A DNA stretch of 64,000 nucleotides from Eledone cirrhosa (GCA_964016885.1 OZ024741.1:187860001-187924000), one strand, 5' to 3'; positions 1 through 12,039 are shown, counted from the stretch's first letter. Notes: a model not told the origin generated them from the sequence alone. Made by a program: numbers and translations.

Positions 1-1349
1 GCTCAGCACGTCCCCTATTTCAGCAGCTGAGATCGGCCCGTCGCAGGACCTCGCCTCCCTGTCCGAAAGACGCGGCAGGCCGTCGAGGTATGGACCGAAA
101 TCCACATCTCCAACCGGCTCCCCGCCCCTCCCAAACAATTGGGCAAAGTGCCTTTGAAAGGCCTCGCACATTTGCTTAGGTTCAAGGATCAGCCGTCCAT
201 CCTGGTCTCGCAAAGACCGGATAGTGGATTTAATCCCACTTTTCGCTTCTGTCACGCGGGCCCAGCTAACAGCTTTGGTCCCCTCGTTTCCCAGAGCACG
301 TATTTTGCTTCGGACAACGCAGCCTTCGTGTTTCGCGTCGAAGAACTGGTTCAAGACCGTTCTCGACGCTTGCACTCTGGCCACGTTGCCGCTTCTCATT
401 GCCTCTTCAACATTAACTACCAACTCCCTTTCCTTCCTATTTCTATCTGAGGCTAACTCCTTACTAACTCCTATTGAAACTACTCTAATCTCTCTTTTTA
501 GAGAGCCCACCACCTGTTGTTGACGATGGCGCCCGTCAACTGCTCCTTAACTAAGGTTCTAATCCGGTCCCTGTAAGCTCTACTTGCCGGTAAGGACAAG
601 TTGAGCTTCCAGTAACCGGGCCCCTGCCTATGCGTTCTATCAAGGTGGACTACGCAGGTCACTAACTTGTGGTCTGAATAGCCCACCATGAGCATTTCTG
701 GACAACTTAAAAAGTCCCTATCCTTAATTCTAACTAAGAACCTATCTAGGTACGATCTAGATTGACCACTGTTATTTGACCAGGTCCAGGTTGGTACAGT
801 CGGAAAATCTAGTCGGTATCTATCGGCCAGGTCGAATCGGCCGATTAACCCCTTAAGGCTGTTACACCCCCCTCTATCGGGACATGCCCCTACATAGTCC
901 CAACGTGCATCTAGGATACCATTCCAGTCCCCCACTAAAAGCAAGGAGCGGGACGTCCCTAGAAAAGTCTCCAGACGATGGAAGAAGTCCGACCGCATTG
1001 CCCCAAAAGGGGCGTATACGGCGACAAGCCTAAAAGCTTCGCCTTCGCCATTGCCAAGGTCCAGAACCACGAGTCGACCCTCCGGGTCCAAGTGTACCGT
1101 CTGTGTAGCGAGACCCAGATGTTTTTGCAGCAGAACGACAACCCCACCCCCACCTCCAGGCTGACAGAGAGATGCGTGCATCTCAAAGTCATCAAAGGTG
1201 GGGGTTAGCTGTCGCATGCTGCTGATCCGGGCCTCGCAAATAACCATCACATTTACACATTGTGACCTGAGGTCACTTAGAAGTTTAGCTTGCTTCCAAG
1301 GTGAGCCCAGGCCACGCGCATTTAGACAACCTACTCTTAAGACAGCCAT
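1..1349 (-). pseudogene. ORF2 N-terminus (apurinic/apyrimidinic-like endonuclease and linker) of copy A
   Basis: ORF 498..1349 has the motifs LNARGL, vYAP, GDWN, LDRF, SDHK and WKLN. It frameshifts near 505 and continues off the window. Confidence 0.92.
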
Positions 1350-1372
1350 GTTGGTGGCAAAGAAAGAGGCAC

Positions 1373-3128
1373 TTACCTCTCTGCGTCCCGGGGTTCGGGT
1401 CGCTCAGTTTCCATGGGGCTGGTGGAGGGGTTGATGGGTGGGGTGGTGGTTTGTGGTGGTGTGGGGGTATTAGTGTGTGGAGGGGTTGGGATCTTTGGAG
1501 TTGTGTGGGTGTTTGAGGAGGGGAGGGGAAAACCTTTCAGGAGGACGCGGTTGAGTGGCCTGGTGCAGGGTGGGCCCACGTCCTCAGGGTAAATGTCTTT
1601 TAAAGTTTTGAAAATGTCAAGTGGGATTTTCACCATTTTCAGGTTAGGGAGCCCCATTGCCGTTACGAAATTCGGCCCTTCGGTTTGTATCGAAGGGTTG
1701 GTTTCTATTTTTAAAAATAGGTTTTCATTGTTTTTGTTTATGTATGTGTAGAGTTTTTGTGTTGTTGTGTTTGTTTTTGCTTGTTGTTGTTGAGTGAGTT
1801 TGCGTTTTATTGTCTGTGTTGTGTTGTCAGGTGGGGTTATTTTTGTTTGTGTGGTGTGTGTACGTTTTTTTCTTTTCACTTTTTGGAAGGGAGCCCCCTC
1901 GTCTTCCGACGATATGAGCTCCTCTTCCGTATTGGAGGGGAGGGGTATATCTCCGGGTTGTGTATGAACTGTTTTTGTATTTGTGTTCTGTGGGGTGGGG
2001 CTGGGTGGGACCGTGTTTTGGGTTGTTTTCTTGAGCTGTTGTTGATGTTGTTGTTGTTGTTGTGGTGGTGGTGGTGTTGTTGGTTTTTGTTGTTCTGGTG
2101 GTGATGGTAGTGTATTTTGTTGTTTTTGTGATGGTGGTGCTGGTTGTTTTTGTTGTTGTTGTGGTGTTTGTAGCAGTGGTTTTTTTAGTTGTTAGTAGAG
2201 GGCAGGCCGTCCTCAGGTGACCTCTGCCAGCGCAGTGGTAACATGAGGGTCTCCTGCCTTCCACTGTGATATTTATGTAGGTTCGCCCATCCAGTAGCAC
2301 TCGGTCGGGTATTCCGGAGATTCTCTCAGGTGTCATCTGTAAGAGAACCTCCAGACTTTTCCCCCCGAACAGTCCACTGGTGGACTCCCCTGCTGAAATT
2401 AGTATGTCCTTATCTAGGTCGGTAAATCCTGTTAGGACGGACCAGATGTTAATTTCTGGCGTAGGGCTCCACATTCTTATCCTTTGTGTTCTTCTTCCTT
2501 TATATGTGGGGAAGAAGGTGTATTGTGGTGACACTATAGGTGCCACCGAATATTTCTGAGCCAGCATTTCGTCCTTCATTCGGACCATAATGCTGGCATA
2601 CAGCTTTCCTCTTTGAATAAAGAGTATGTCATTTTTAATTTCTTTCAGAACCAGCTCGATTTGACTTTCGGTCAATTGCGCTGGCTTTCTCGTTTCGTTG
2701 GTTATGGTTCTGTAGCTTACGGTATTCTTGTAAATCTGTTGACGTACTTCTTCTGGGGAGTTGATCGTAAAAGAACCATCCTCCCCAAAAGATACGTATT
2801 TTCTAGCCTCTAGCAAATTTTCCTTGGCGTTCGTGATGTCAATGGCTTTGTATTCCGTGGCTCTCCTGAGTGTTTGGGCAAAAGAAATTTTGTCTTTGTT
2901 TGTTGTTGTAATGTTGTTGGTTTCCTTACTTGTGGTGTTATTTTTTTCTTGAAAATTAATTTTTTCATTTGAATTGAAATTCTTTTTTTCATTGGAGAGG
3001 AGGGGTTGTTCAACAGTTTGAACTGTTGTTCCCTCTTTCCCGCTTGTTTTTTTGGTCGGCGTGGCGTTCGCTTCCAATATGGCGATATCGTTTTCGACGA
3101 TATCGTTATCAATGATATCGATAAACAT
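1373..3128 (-). pseudogene. ORF1 (gag-like nucleic-acid-binding protein) of copy A, frameshifted
   Basis: ORF 1827..3128 contains CYHCAGRGHLRTAC (CX2CX4HX4C). The overlapping ORF 1373..1879 supplies the C-terminus in another frame. Comparison with copy B points to a frameshift in the Thr/Gln-rich low-complexity stretch. Confidence 0.8.
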
Positions 3129-3301
3129 TTCTGAAATATTTATTTTTCACCCCAAAAGGGGTGAAAATATATTTACCCGACGTCTAGAGTCCCAGACTAG
3201 GGGTTACAGTTAATTATACAAAATAATTCAAAAAATCCACTCACAAAATTAGCAGGTAAAAATCCAAATCACGGAGCGATACGAAACACGTCTACTATCC
3301 T

Positions 3302-3543
3302 CAGACAGACAGACAGACAGGCAGATAGACAGACAGGCAGGTGGGTAGACAGTCGGGCAGATAGATGGATTGACAGAGTAAGATAGGTAGATGAATGGAT
3401 AGATAGACAGGCAGACTGAGACACACAGACCTGCCATCAGACAGACAGACAGAGACAGACAGACAGACATACAGACAGACAGACAGACAAGCAAAGACAG
3501 ACAGCGACAGACAGACAGAGACAGACAGACAGACATATAGATA
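3302..3543. repeat. Mixed (GACA)n/(GATA)n microsatellite separating Tx1 copies
   Basis: Read directly from sequence. Confidence 0.95.
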
Positions 3544-4431
3544 TGTTTCTTTATTAGCCACAGGGGCACAAAAGAAGAGGACAATACAAAGGGGGAAGTT
3601 TACATACAATAAAAACGTGTAAAATATTATCACAAATGCAATTTAAAATTAATCGATTTTCCCCAATAGGGGGAGACATTACATATGGGTAACACATACC
3701 CCCCCAAAAAATGTAAAACTCTCATCTCCAGGAGTACGAAGAGTGAGTACTCCTTCCTCTCTTCCTCTTTCCTCAACCTCTAGGCTGATATAGAGAGAAG
3801 GCCCATTCACTCGGGCCATTCTCGCCACTTTCACCCACCTTTCATAAAACTTGCTGGAGTACAGCACCTCTCTCTCCATCCTGATTGTTCTTCTAAAGTG
3901 GTATTTGAAAAAAAGAATCAGTTGTTGGCCGGAGAGAAAGGTGTCTGACCTCAGCCCTTTCAACCTCGTCCACCATACAACCTCTTTCGCCATAGCTATC
4001 ACACAAAGGAAAACCGCCTCTCCTTCGTTTTTGAAGGAGGGTGGCGGTTTGATCATGACAATGGACTCGGTGGTCAACTGGATTGGTCCCACCCGCGACA
4101 ATAGTCGTTTCACATAGCCCCACAGGTCGGTAACGCTCGGGCAGTGTATCAATGCGTGCGCGACGGTTTCTTCGTCTCGCACGCATTCGGACAGATCTTT
4201 TCTGCCCGGGCGCCCATGTCTGTAGAGCTTGTCTCGAACTGGTAGAGCTCCTCGGTAGCACTGCCAGGCCAGGGACTTTTGGAAGTTGTCCATCGGTCCC
4301 GGGAGGAAGGTCCTACCGAACAAACTGGCCAGTTCGTCTTCCTCTACGCCCAGGGTTTCACCGAGCACGTCGTCGCACTTGCTGCGGATCAACCCTGTAT
4401 AGAATGACGAAGTGGATCCTCCACTGATCGC
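3544..4431 (-). mobile_element. 5'-truncated Tx1-type copy C (ORF2 C-terminus and 3' UTR)
   Basis: ORF 3679..4392 matches the ORF2 C-terminal region (ETVAHALIHC). On the minus strand it ends AATAAAGAAACA and is flanked by GATA repeats. Near-identical to 10215-11418. Confidence 0.9.
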
Positions 4432-4445
4432 TAGATAGATAGATA

Positions 4446-4652
4446 TTTTTCTTTATTTGTCACAGGGGCGTACAAGGAATGGGACATTACAAGATGTGAC
4501 GGCGGGGGCTTTACATAAAAATATCTTTAACATTGATAAATAACAATAAACTATATATAATAAAATAATTGAAATCCCCAATAGGGGGGTAACGTTACTG
4601 CAGGGTTGTTTCACACCCCTCAACACCAGGAACACGCTTTGTAGGTGTTCTT
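4446..4652 (-). mobile_element. Very short Tx1-type 3'-UTR-only copy D (divergent subfamily)
   Basis: Shares TTTATT..CACAGGGGC.ACAA.GAA.GGGACA and CCCCAATAGGGG (+ strand) with the other 3' ends. Bounded by GATA repeats on both sides. Confidence 0.7.
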
Positions 4653-4670
4653 TAGATAGATAGATAGATT

Positions 4671-4722
<52 letters not shown>

Positions 4723-7700
4723 CATTTCTATTTATTTGCCACGAGGGCACAAAAGAAAGGGACACATACATGAGGGGTGTACATAAAAATCGAGTAAAAA
4801 AAAAGTAATAACAAATAAAATTATAACAAAAAGGTCCTCAATAGGGAGGGATCGTTTTGGGGTCACACACACCCCTTAAAAAAGGAGAGTGCTCAAAGAG
4901 AGTGCTCAAAGAGAGTGCTCCCTTCTTCATCCATCATTTCACCCACCTTTCATAAAACTGGCTGGGGTGGAGCACCTCTCTCTCCATCCTGATCCTTCTT
5001 CCGAAATGATATCGGAAGAAAAGGACTAGTTGTTGGCCGGAAAGAAAGGTGTCCGACCGCATCCCTTTTAGACGCGTCCACCATACAATCTCTTTAACCA
5101 AGGCTATTACACAGAGGAAGAACCTCTGCTTCATTTTTGAAGGGGGAGGGGGGGCTTGATCGTTACAATGGACTGGGTGGTCAACCGGATTGGTCCCACC
5201 CGTGACAGCAGTCGTTCGACATAGCCCCACAGATCGGCAACGCCCGGGCAGTGTACCAATGCGTGCGCAACCGTTTCCTCGTCGCGCACGCATCTGGGAC
5301 AGATCTTTTTCGAGGGGTTCCTACCCGGGCGCTCGTGTCTGTAGAGCTTATCCCGAACGGGCAGAGCCCCTCGGTAGCACTGCCAGGCCAGGGACCTCTG
5401 GAAGTTGTCCATAGGTCCCGGGCCGAATGTCCTACCGAATAGGCTGGCCAGTTCGTCCTCCTCCATGCCCAGGGTTTCTCCGAGGGCGTCGTCGCAACTG
5501 GTAACCACCAGCCCTCTATAGAATGACGAGGTGGAGTCTCCACCGATAGCCGGGTCCGCCTGCCAGAGAGCCGTGAGCGCCTGGGCACACTCGGTGTGCC
5601 AGTCGCCCAGTTTTCTCGGTCTTTGCTTCACCCAGGACTGCAGCTCTGTGAGCGAGACGATTTTCGGAAAGGCTTGCCTCACAAATGGGGCCCACACCGG
5701 TTGACCGGTGAGGAATACCTGGAGGTGCCGTAGCCTCAATGCGTTTACGCATTTTTAGCCACGGCATCCCCAGCCCTCCTTTTGAAGGGTGTTGACAGCA
5801 GATGGATCTCCTCACCAGAGGAGCCCTCTTCTTCCAAAGGAATTGGAAGAGAGCGCGCTCCATTTTGGTGAGGATATCACCCGGGAAAGGCACGACAGTC
5901 AAGCGGTCATAGATGACGCACGCTATGTAAGCGTTCGCCACCTCCGCCCGACCTTTCAGGGATAGTTTGCACTCGGCCCACTTCTGGGTCAGTGCAAACA
6001 CCCTGTTCGTAACCTCACCCCAGTTTTTCTCCACCTGGAGGTCCGGTCCGAACCAGACCCCAAACAACTTCACCGGGCCCTCCGTCCACCGTCGGACGGC
6101 ATCGGTTTGCCCCTCCACTCGCCGAGTTGCAGAGCGACTGACTTGTCCCTGTCAGCGACTGCTTAGCCCCCGTCAACATTTCGTACTCCTCCAGTAAGGT
6201 GCCGATTGCCTCGATTTCCGAGGTGGTCGACACCATTACTGTACGTCATCGGCGTAGGCCGACACCGCTTTGCGCAATCCCGGTTCCAAAGGGATTCCCT
6301 GCAACAACTCCAACTTCCGCAGTAGTGGCTCGAGAGCCAATACATACAGAAGGGAGGAGAGAGGTAGCCGTTCACCTTGACTCTACCGAGAGGTAGCCGT
6401 TCACCTTGACTCTAGAGCAGATGCAGCTGCTATGCATGGCAGTGATCCAGCCCCTTAAAACGGGTCCGAAACCAGCCGCCGCTAGCACCGCATCCAGGTA
6501 ACCATGGTCCACCATATCGAAAGCCTTAGTCTGATCTAAATTGATCAGGGCCCCACCAAAGCCGGGTTCGTTCCCAACCCTCTTTATGATGTATCGCATG
6601 AGGTGGAGGTTGTCGTGGATGGACCTGGACGGGATAGCGCATGTCTGCGCATCTCCCACCAGGCCCCACGACAAGCACCAGCCTCTTCGCTAACACCTTG
6701 GCCAAAATCTTTAACTATGCATTTAGCAGAGTTATGGGCTTCAAATTACTAATGTCATCCCCCTTGTTCTTGTCCTTCCTCACTAGCGAGACTACGCCCT
6801 TGGTCACAGAACAGGGAATTCTCCCGTTCTGTTGCCAGTTGCAGTAGACCGCCTCGAGGAGACCGGGGAACAAGGCCGGCATATTAATATATAGTTCGTA
6901 GGGCAGACCATCGAGGCCTGGATGTTTGCGTTTGCCGCATAGGCTTAGCACGTCCCCTATTTCAGCGGCGGAGATCGACCTGTCGCAGGACCTCGCCTCC
7001 TTGTCCGAAAGACGCGGCAGGCCGTCGAAGTATGGACCGAAATCTACACCCCCCCCCCCCCCCCCCCCCCCGAATAATCGGGCAAAGTGCCTTTGAAAGG
7101 CCTCGCACATTTGCTTAGGTTCAAGGATCACCCATCCATCCTGGTCTCGCAAAGACCGGATAGTGGATCAAATCCCACTTTTCGCTTCTGTCACGCGGGT
7201 CCAGCTAACAGCTTTGGTCCCCTCGTTTCCCAGAGCACGTATTTTGCTTCGGACAACGCAGCCTTCGTGTTTCGCGTCGAAGAACTGGCTCAAGGCCGTT
7301 CTCGATGCTAGCACTCTTGCCACGTTGCCACTTCTAATTGCCTCTTCAACATTATCTACCAACTCCCTTTCCTTCCTATTTCTATCTGAGGCTAACTCCT
7401 TACTAACTCCTATTGAAACTACTCTAATCTCTCTTTTCAGAGATCCCCACTACCTGCTGTTGACGATGGCGCCCGTCAACCGCTCCTTAACTAAGGTTCT
7501 AATCCGGTCCCTGTAAGCTTTACTTGCCGGTAAGGACAAGTTGAGCTTCCAGTAACCGGATCCCTGCCTATGCGTTCTATCAAGGTTGACTATGCAGGTC
7601 ACTAACTTGTGGTCTGAATAGCCAACCGTGAGCATTTCTGGACAACTGAAAAAGTCCCTATCCTTAATTCTAACTAAGAACCTATCTAGGTACGATCTAG

Positions 7701-10204
7701 ATTGACCGCTATGGTTTTTCCAAGTCTAGGTTGGCACAGTCGAAAAATCTAGTCGATATCTATCGACCAGGTCAAATCAGCCGATTAACCCCTTGAGGTT
7801 GTTACACCCCCCCCCCTCTATCGGGACATGCCCCTACACAGTCCCAACGTGCATCTAGGATACCATTCCAGTCCCCCACTAAAAGCAAGGAGCGGGACAT
7901 CCCTAGAAAAGTCTCCAGACGATGGAAGAAGTCCGGCCTCATTGTCCCAAAAGGGGCGTAACCGGCGACCAGCCTAAAAGCTTCGCCTTCACCACTGCCA
8001 AGGTCCAGGCCACTAGTCGACCCTCCGGGTCCAAGTGTACCGTCTGTGTAGCGAGACCCAGATGTTTTTGCAGCAGAACGACAACCCCACCCCCACCTCC
8101 GGGCTGACAGAGATGCGTGCATCTCAAAGTCATCAAAGGTGGGGATAGCTGTCGCACACTGCTGATCCGGGCCTCCCAAATAACCATCACAATTATATTC
8201 GTGACCTGAGGTCATTTAGAAGTTTAGCTTGCTTCCAAGGTGAGCCCAGGTCACGCGCATTTAGACAACCTATTCTTAACACAGCCATGTTTGTGGTAAA
8301 GAGAGAGACACTTACCTCTCTGCGTCCCGGGGACCGGGCTGTACAATTTCCATGGGGGTGGTGGAGGGGTTGTTGGGTGGGGTGGTGGTTTGTGGTGGTG
8401 TGGGGATATTCGTGTGTGGAGGGGTTGGGGTGCTTGGAATTGTGTGGGTGTTTGAGGAGGAGGAGGGGGAACCTTTCAGGAGGACGCGGTTGAGTGGCCT
8501 GGTGCAGGGTGGCCCCACGTCCTCAGGGTAAATGTTTTTCAATGTTTTAAAAATGTCAAGTGTGACCTTCACCATTTTCAGGTTAGGGAGTCCCATTGCC
8601 ATTGTAAAATTCGGCCCTTCGGTTTGTACCGAAGGGTTATTGTTTATTTTGTCTACTAAGTTTTTATTGTTTTTGTTTATGTATGTGTACAGTTTTTGTG
8701 TTGTGTTTGTTTTTGTTTGTTGTTCTTGAGTGTGCTTGCGTTTTGCTGTATGTGTTGTCAGGTGGGGGTTATTTTTGTTTGTGTGCATGTGGTATGTTTA
8801 CGTTTTTTCTTTTGACTTTTTGGAAGGGAGCCCCCTCGTCTTCCGAGGATATGAGCTCCTCTTCCGTATTGGAGGGGAGGGGTATATTACCAGGTTGTGT
8901 TTGCACTGTGTGTGTTTTTGTATTTGTGTTCTGTGGGCAGGGGCTGGGTGGGACCGTGTTTTGTGTTGTTTTCTTGAGCTGTTGTTGTTGTTGTTGTGGT
9001 GGTGGTGTTGGTGGTGTTATTGTTTGTGGTGTTTGTAATAATGGTTTCTTTTTTATCAGTTGAAGGCAGGCAGCCCTCAGGTGACCTCTGCTTGCGCAGT
9101 GGTAACACGCGGGTCGCCTACCCTCAACTGAAATATTTATGTAGGTCTCTCCATCTAAGTGTATTGTTTGTGGGATCTTCGCTATCCTTTCTGGGCTCAT
9201 CTGCACCAGAAGTTCTACGCTGGTCCCACTAAAGACCTCCCTGGGGGACTTTCCACCTGAGATTACAATGTCTTGGTCAAGGTCTAAAACGCCACAAAGT
9301 AGCCACCAAGTGTCTACTTTGGGTCTTATGCAACTGAATTTTGTTCTTTGAGTCCTTCTTCCCATGTAAGACGGGAAAAAGGGGAAGTGGGTGGATACAA
9401 TGGGCGCAATAGAATGTTTTGGGGCCGTTTCTTGATCCTTCATAAGCACCGAAATGCTACCGAAAAGTTTGCCTTTTTGAATAAACAAAATGCTTTCCAT
9501 TTGGTTCCTTTAAACCAGCTCTATCTCACTCTGAGACGGTTGTACTGGTTTTTTTGTAGCATTGGAGATTGTCCTGAACACCACCGTGCTCGTGGCAATT
9601 TCTCTTTTTATTTCGTCTGGGGAATTAATGCTGAATGAACCATCGGGTTCGAAAGTCACATACCTTTTTGCTTCTTCCAACTTTTGCTTTGCGTTGGTTA
9701 AATCCAAAGGTAGGAACACTTGTGTTTTTTTTAGTTTCCGCAAAGGAAATTTTGTTGTCGTTGTCTTTCTTGTTATTGTTGTTGTTGTCGCTGTTCACTT
9801 TGGTGTTCGTATTGGTATTGATAATTTTTCCGTTGCTGGTATTATTTCCAAGTTTTGTATTTTTGGTTGCTGTGTGTTGTTCCTTATTAACGTTTTTCGT
9901 TAAAAGGAGGGGGGGGCTGGGCACTTTGTGCTTTCATCTTTTCTCGAAGATTTTTTTCTTTGGCGGGTGTGGCCCCATGACTTGTATTAATGCCGTCCAT
10001 TACTACAAGCCGAGTTCGCAAAATTGTAACGAAGAAAAATTTCACCCCAAAAAGGGGCGAAAATAATAATAACCCCAACGTCTGCAGGCCCAAACGAGGG
10101 ATTAAAGTGTATCACAGTAGAAAAATAAATCCCCAAACTCACTCTTTACAAGGTAAATCCAATGTAAAACGCAGAGCTCGTTAATACACGTCTACCTCCG
10201 TCGA
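4723..10204 (-). mobile_element. Full-length but degenerate L1/Tx1-type element, copy B (~5.5 kb)
   Basis: 5' UTR; ORF1 fragments (about 8312-10000, CYHCASRGHLRAAC); ORF2 fragments (about 4934-8288) with EN, RT (PGLDGLPYELY, KPITLLN, LDQTKAFD) and C-terminal CPRC..ETVAHALVHC. Many frameshifts and stops. Confidence 0.93.
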
Positions 10205-10214
10205 GAGATAGATA

Positions 10215-11418
10215 TGTTTCTTTATTAGCCACAGGGGCACAAAAGAAGGGGACAAATACAAAGGGGGAAGTTTACATACAATAAAAACGTGTAAAATATT
10301 ATCACAAATGCAATTTAAAAAATTAGTCGATTTCCCCCAATAGGGGAGACAGTTCATATGGGTAACACATACCCCCGAAATGTGCAACCCTCATCTCCAG
10401 GAGTACGAAGAGTTTGTACTCTTTTCCTCTCCTCCTCCTTTTCCTCAACCTACAGGCTGATATAGAGAGAAGGCCCATTTACTCGGGCCATTCTCGCCAC
10501 TTTCACCCATCTTTCATAAAACTTGCTGAGGTACAGTACCTCTCTCTCCATCCTGATTCTTCTTCCAAAGTGGTATTTGAAAAAAAGAATCAGTTGTTGG
10601 CCGGAGAGAAAGGTGTCTGACCTCAGCCCTTTCAACCTTGTCCACCATACAATCTCTTTCGCCATAGCTATCACACAAAGGAAAACCGCCTCTCCTTCGT
10701 TTTTGAAGGAGGGTGGCGGTTTGACCATGACAATGGACTCGGTGGTCAACCGGACTGGTCCCACCCGCGACAATAGTCGTTCTACATAGCACCACAGGTC
10801 GGTGACGCCCGGGCAATGTATGAATGCGTGCGCGACGGTTTCTTCGTCTCGCACGCACCTCGGACAGATCTTTTTCGAAGGGTCCCTGCCCGGGCGCCCG
10901 TGTCTGTAGAGCTTGTCTCGAACTGGTAGAGCTCCTCGGTAGCACTGCCAGGCCAGGGACTTTTGGAAGTTGTCCATCGGTCCCGGGCTGAAGGTTCTAC
11001 CGAACAGACTGGCCAGTTCGTCTTCCTCTACGCCTAGAGTTTCTCCGAGCGAGTCGTCGCACTTGCTGCGGATCAACCCTCTATAGAATGACGAAGTGGA
11101 TCCTCCACTGATCGCCGGGTCCGCCTGCCAGAGGGCTGTGAGCGCCTGAGCACATTCGATGTGCCAGTCGCCCATTTTCCTCGGTCTTTGCTTGACCCAG
11201 GACTGCAGCTCGGTCAGCGAGACGAGTCGTGGGAAGGCTCGCCTCACGAACGGAGCCCACACCGGTTGTCCGGTGAGAAATACGTAGAGATGCCGCAGCC
11301 TGAGCGCGTGTTTGCGCATCATCAGCCACGGCATCCCTAGCCCTCCGTTGGAAGGGCGTTGGCAGCAGATGGATCTTCTCACCAAAGGAGCCCGCCTCTT
11401 CCAAAGGAATTGGAAGAG
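10215..11418 (-). mobile_element. 5'-truncated Tx1-type copy E with 17-bp target-site duplication
   Basis: ORF 10450..11385 is an uninterrupted ORF2 C-terminus. CCGTCGAGAGATAGATA occurs at 10198-10214 and 11419-11435. Confidence 0.93.
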
Positions 11419-11739
11419 CCGTCGAGAGATAGATAGATAGATCGACAGACAGATACTAACAGCAGTGTTATGCCTTATAGAACGATGTATTGGTATATAT
11501 AAAGTTATATATAATTTGCTGTTGTCCCGAATATACGGAAAAAAGAGATGGTCACATTTGAGAGATTTTCGAATTAGAGGCTAATTTAAAAAAATATATG
11601 ATAATGAATTTATAATTTAGCATTGCTTTCAACCAAAACTTCTTAAGTGTGTTTTGAACCTCCGTCGATTCCGAAGACAGGTGTTTCAGTTGTTTGAATA
11701 AGCTCTTGAAATTAAAGTTCAAGCAGATGATCATTCATC

Positions 11740-11957
11740 AGACACGTGTACCCTTAACGTAGTTCCCAAGAATATTCAGTGTAACACAGTTTGACAAGGA
11801 TGACCCTTTGAATCACTGGTACAACTCCTTTTTGTCAGCTGAGCGGACTTACTAATGGGAAACAACGTGTTATGTTCCATGAGACAACTCGCCGCCGTGA
11901 GTTGAACTCATGACACTACGATCGCAATCTGACCACCTTAATAACTAAGCTACACAT
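11740..11957 (-). mobile_element. Degenerate tRNA-derived SINE
   Basis: Minus strand begins GTGTAGCTTAGTTATTAAGG...GAGTTCAACTC (A/B-box-like head). Confidence 0.55.
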
Positions 11958-12039
11958 ACATACATGATGGTTTCCCCCTCGTTATCGAGTATGGCCATTG
12001 CACGATAAAACATTATTAATAATCATTAATTAATTCTAT

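Larger units (their letters stand above)
1..3301 (-). mobile_element. L1/Tx1-type non-LTR retrotransposon, copy A (5' end present; 3' part runs off the window start)
   Basis: 5' UTR, ORF1 with a CCHC knuckle, then ORF2 with an APE endonuclease. The 5' tip abuts a (GACA/GATA)n tract at 3302. Confidence 0.92.

Noticed and set aside
139-11404. Plus-strand and alternate-frame ORFs over the Tx1 copies
   Set aside because: They are shadows of the GC-richer retrotransposon coding sequence with no independent motifs.
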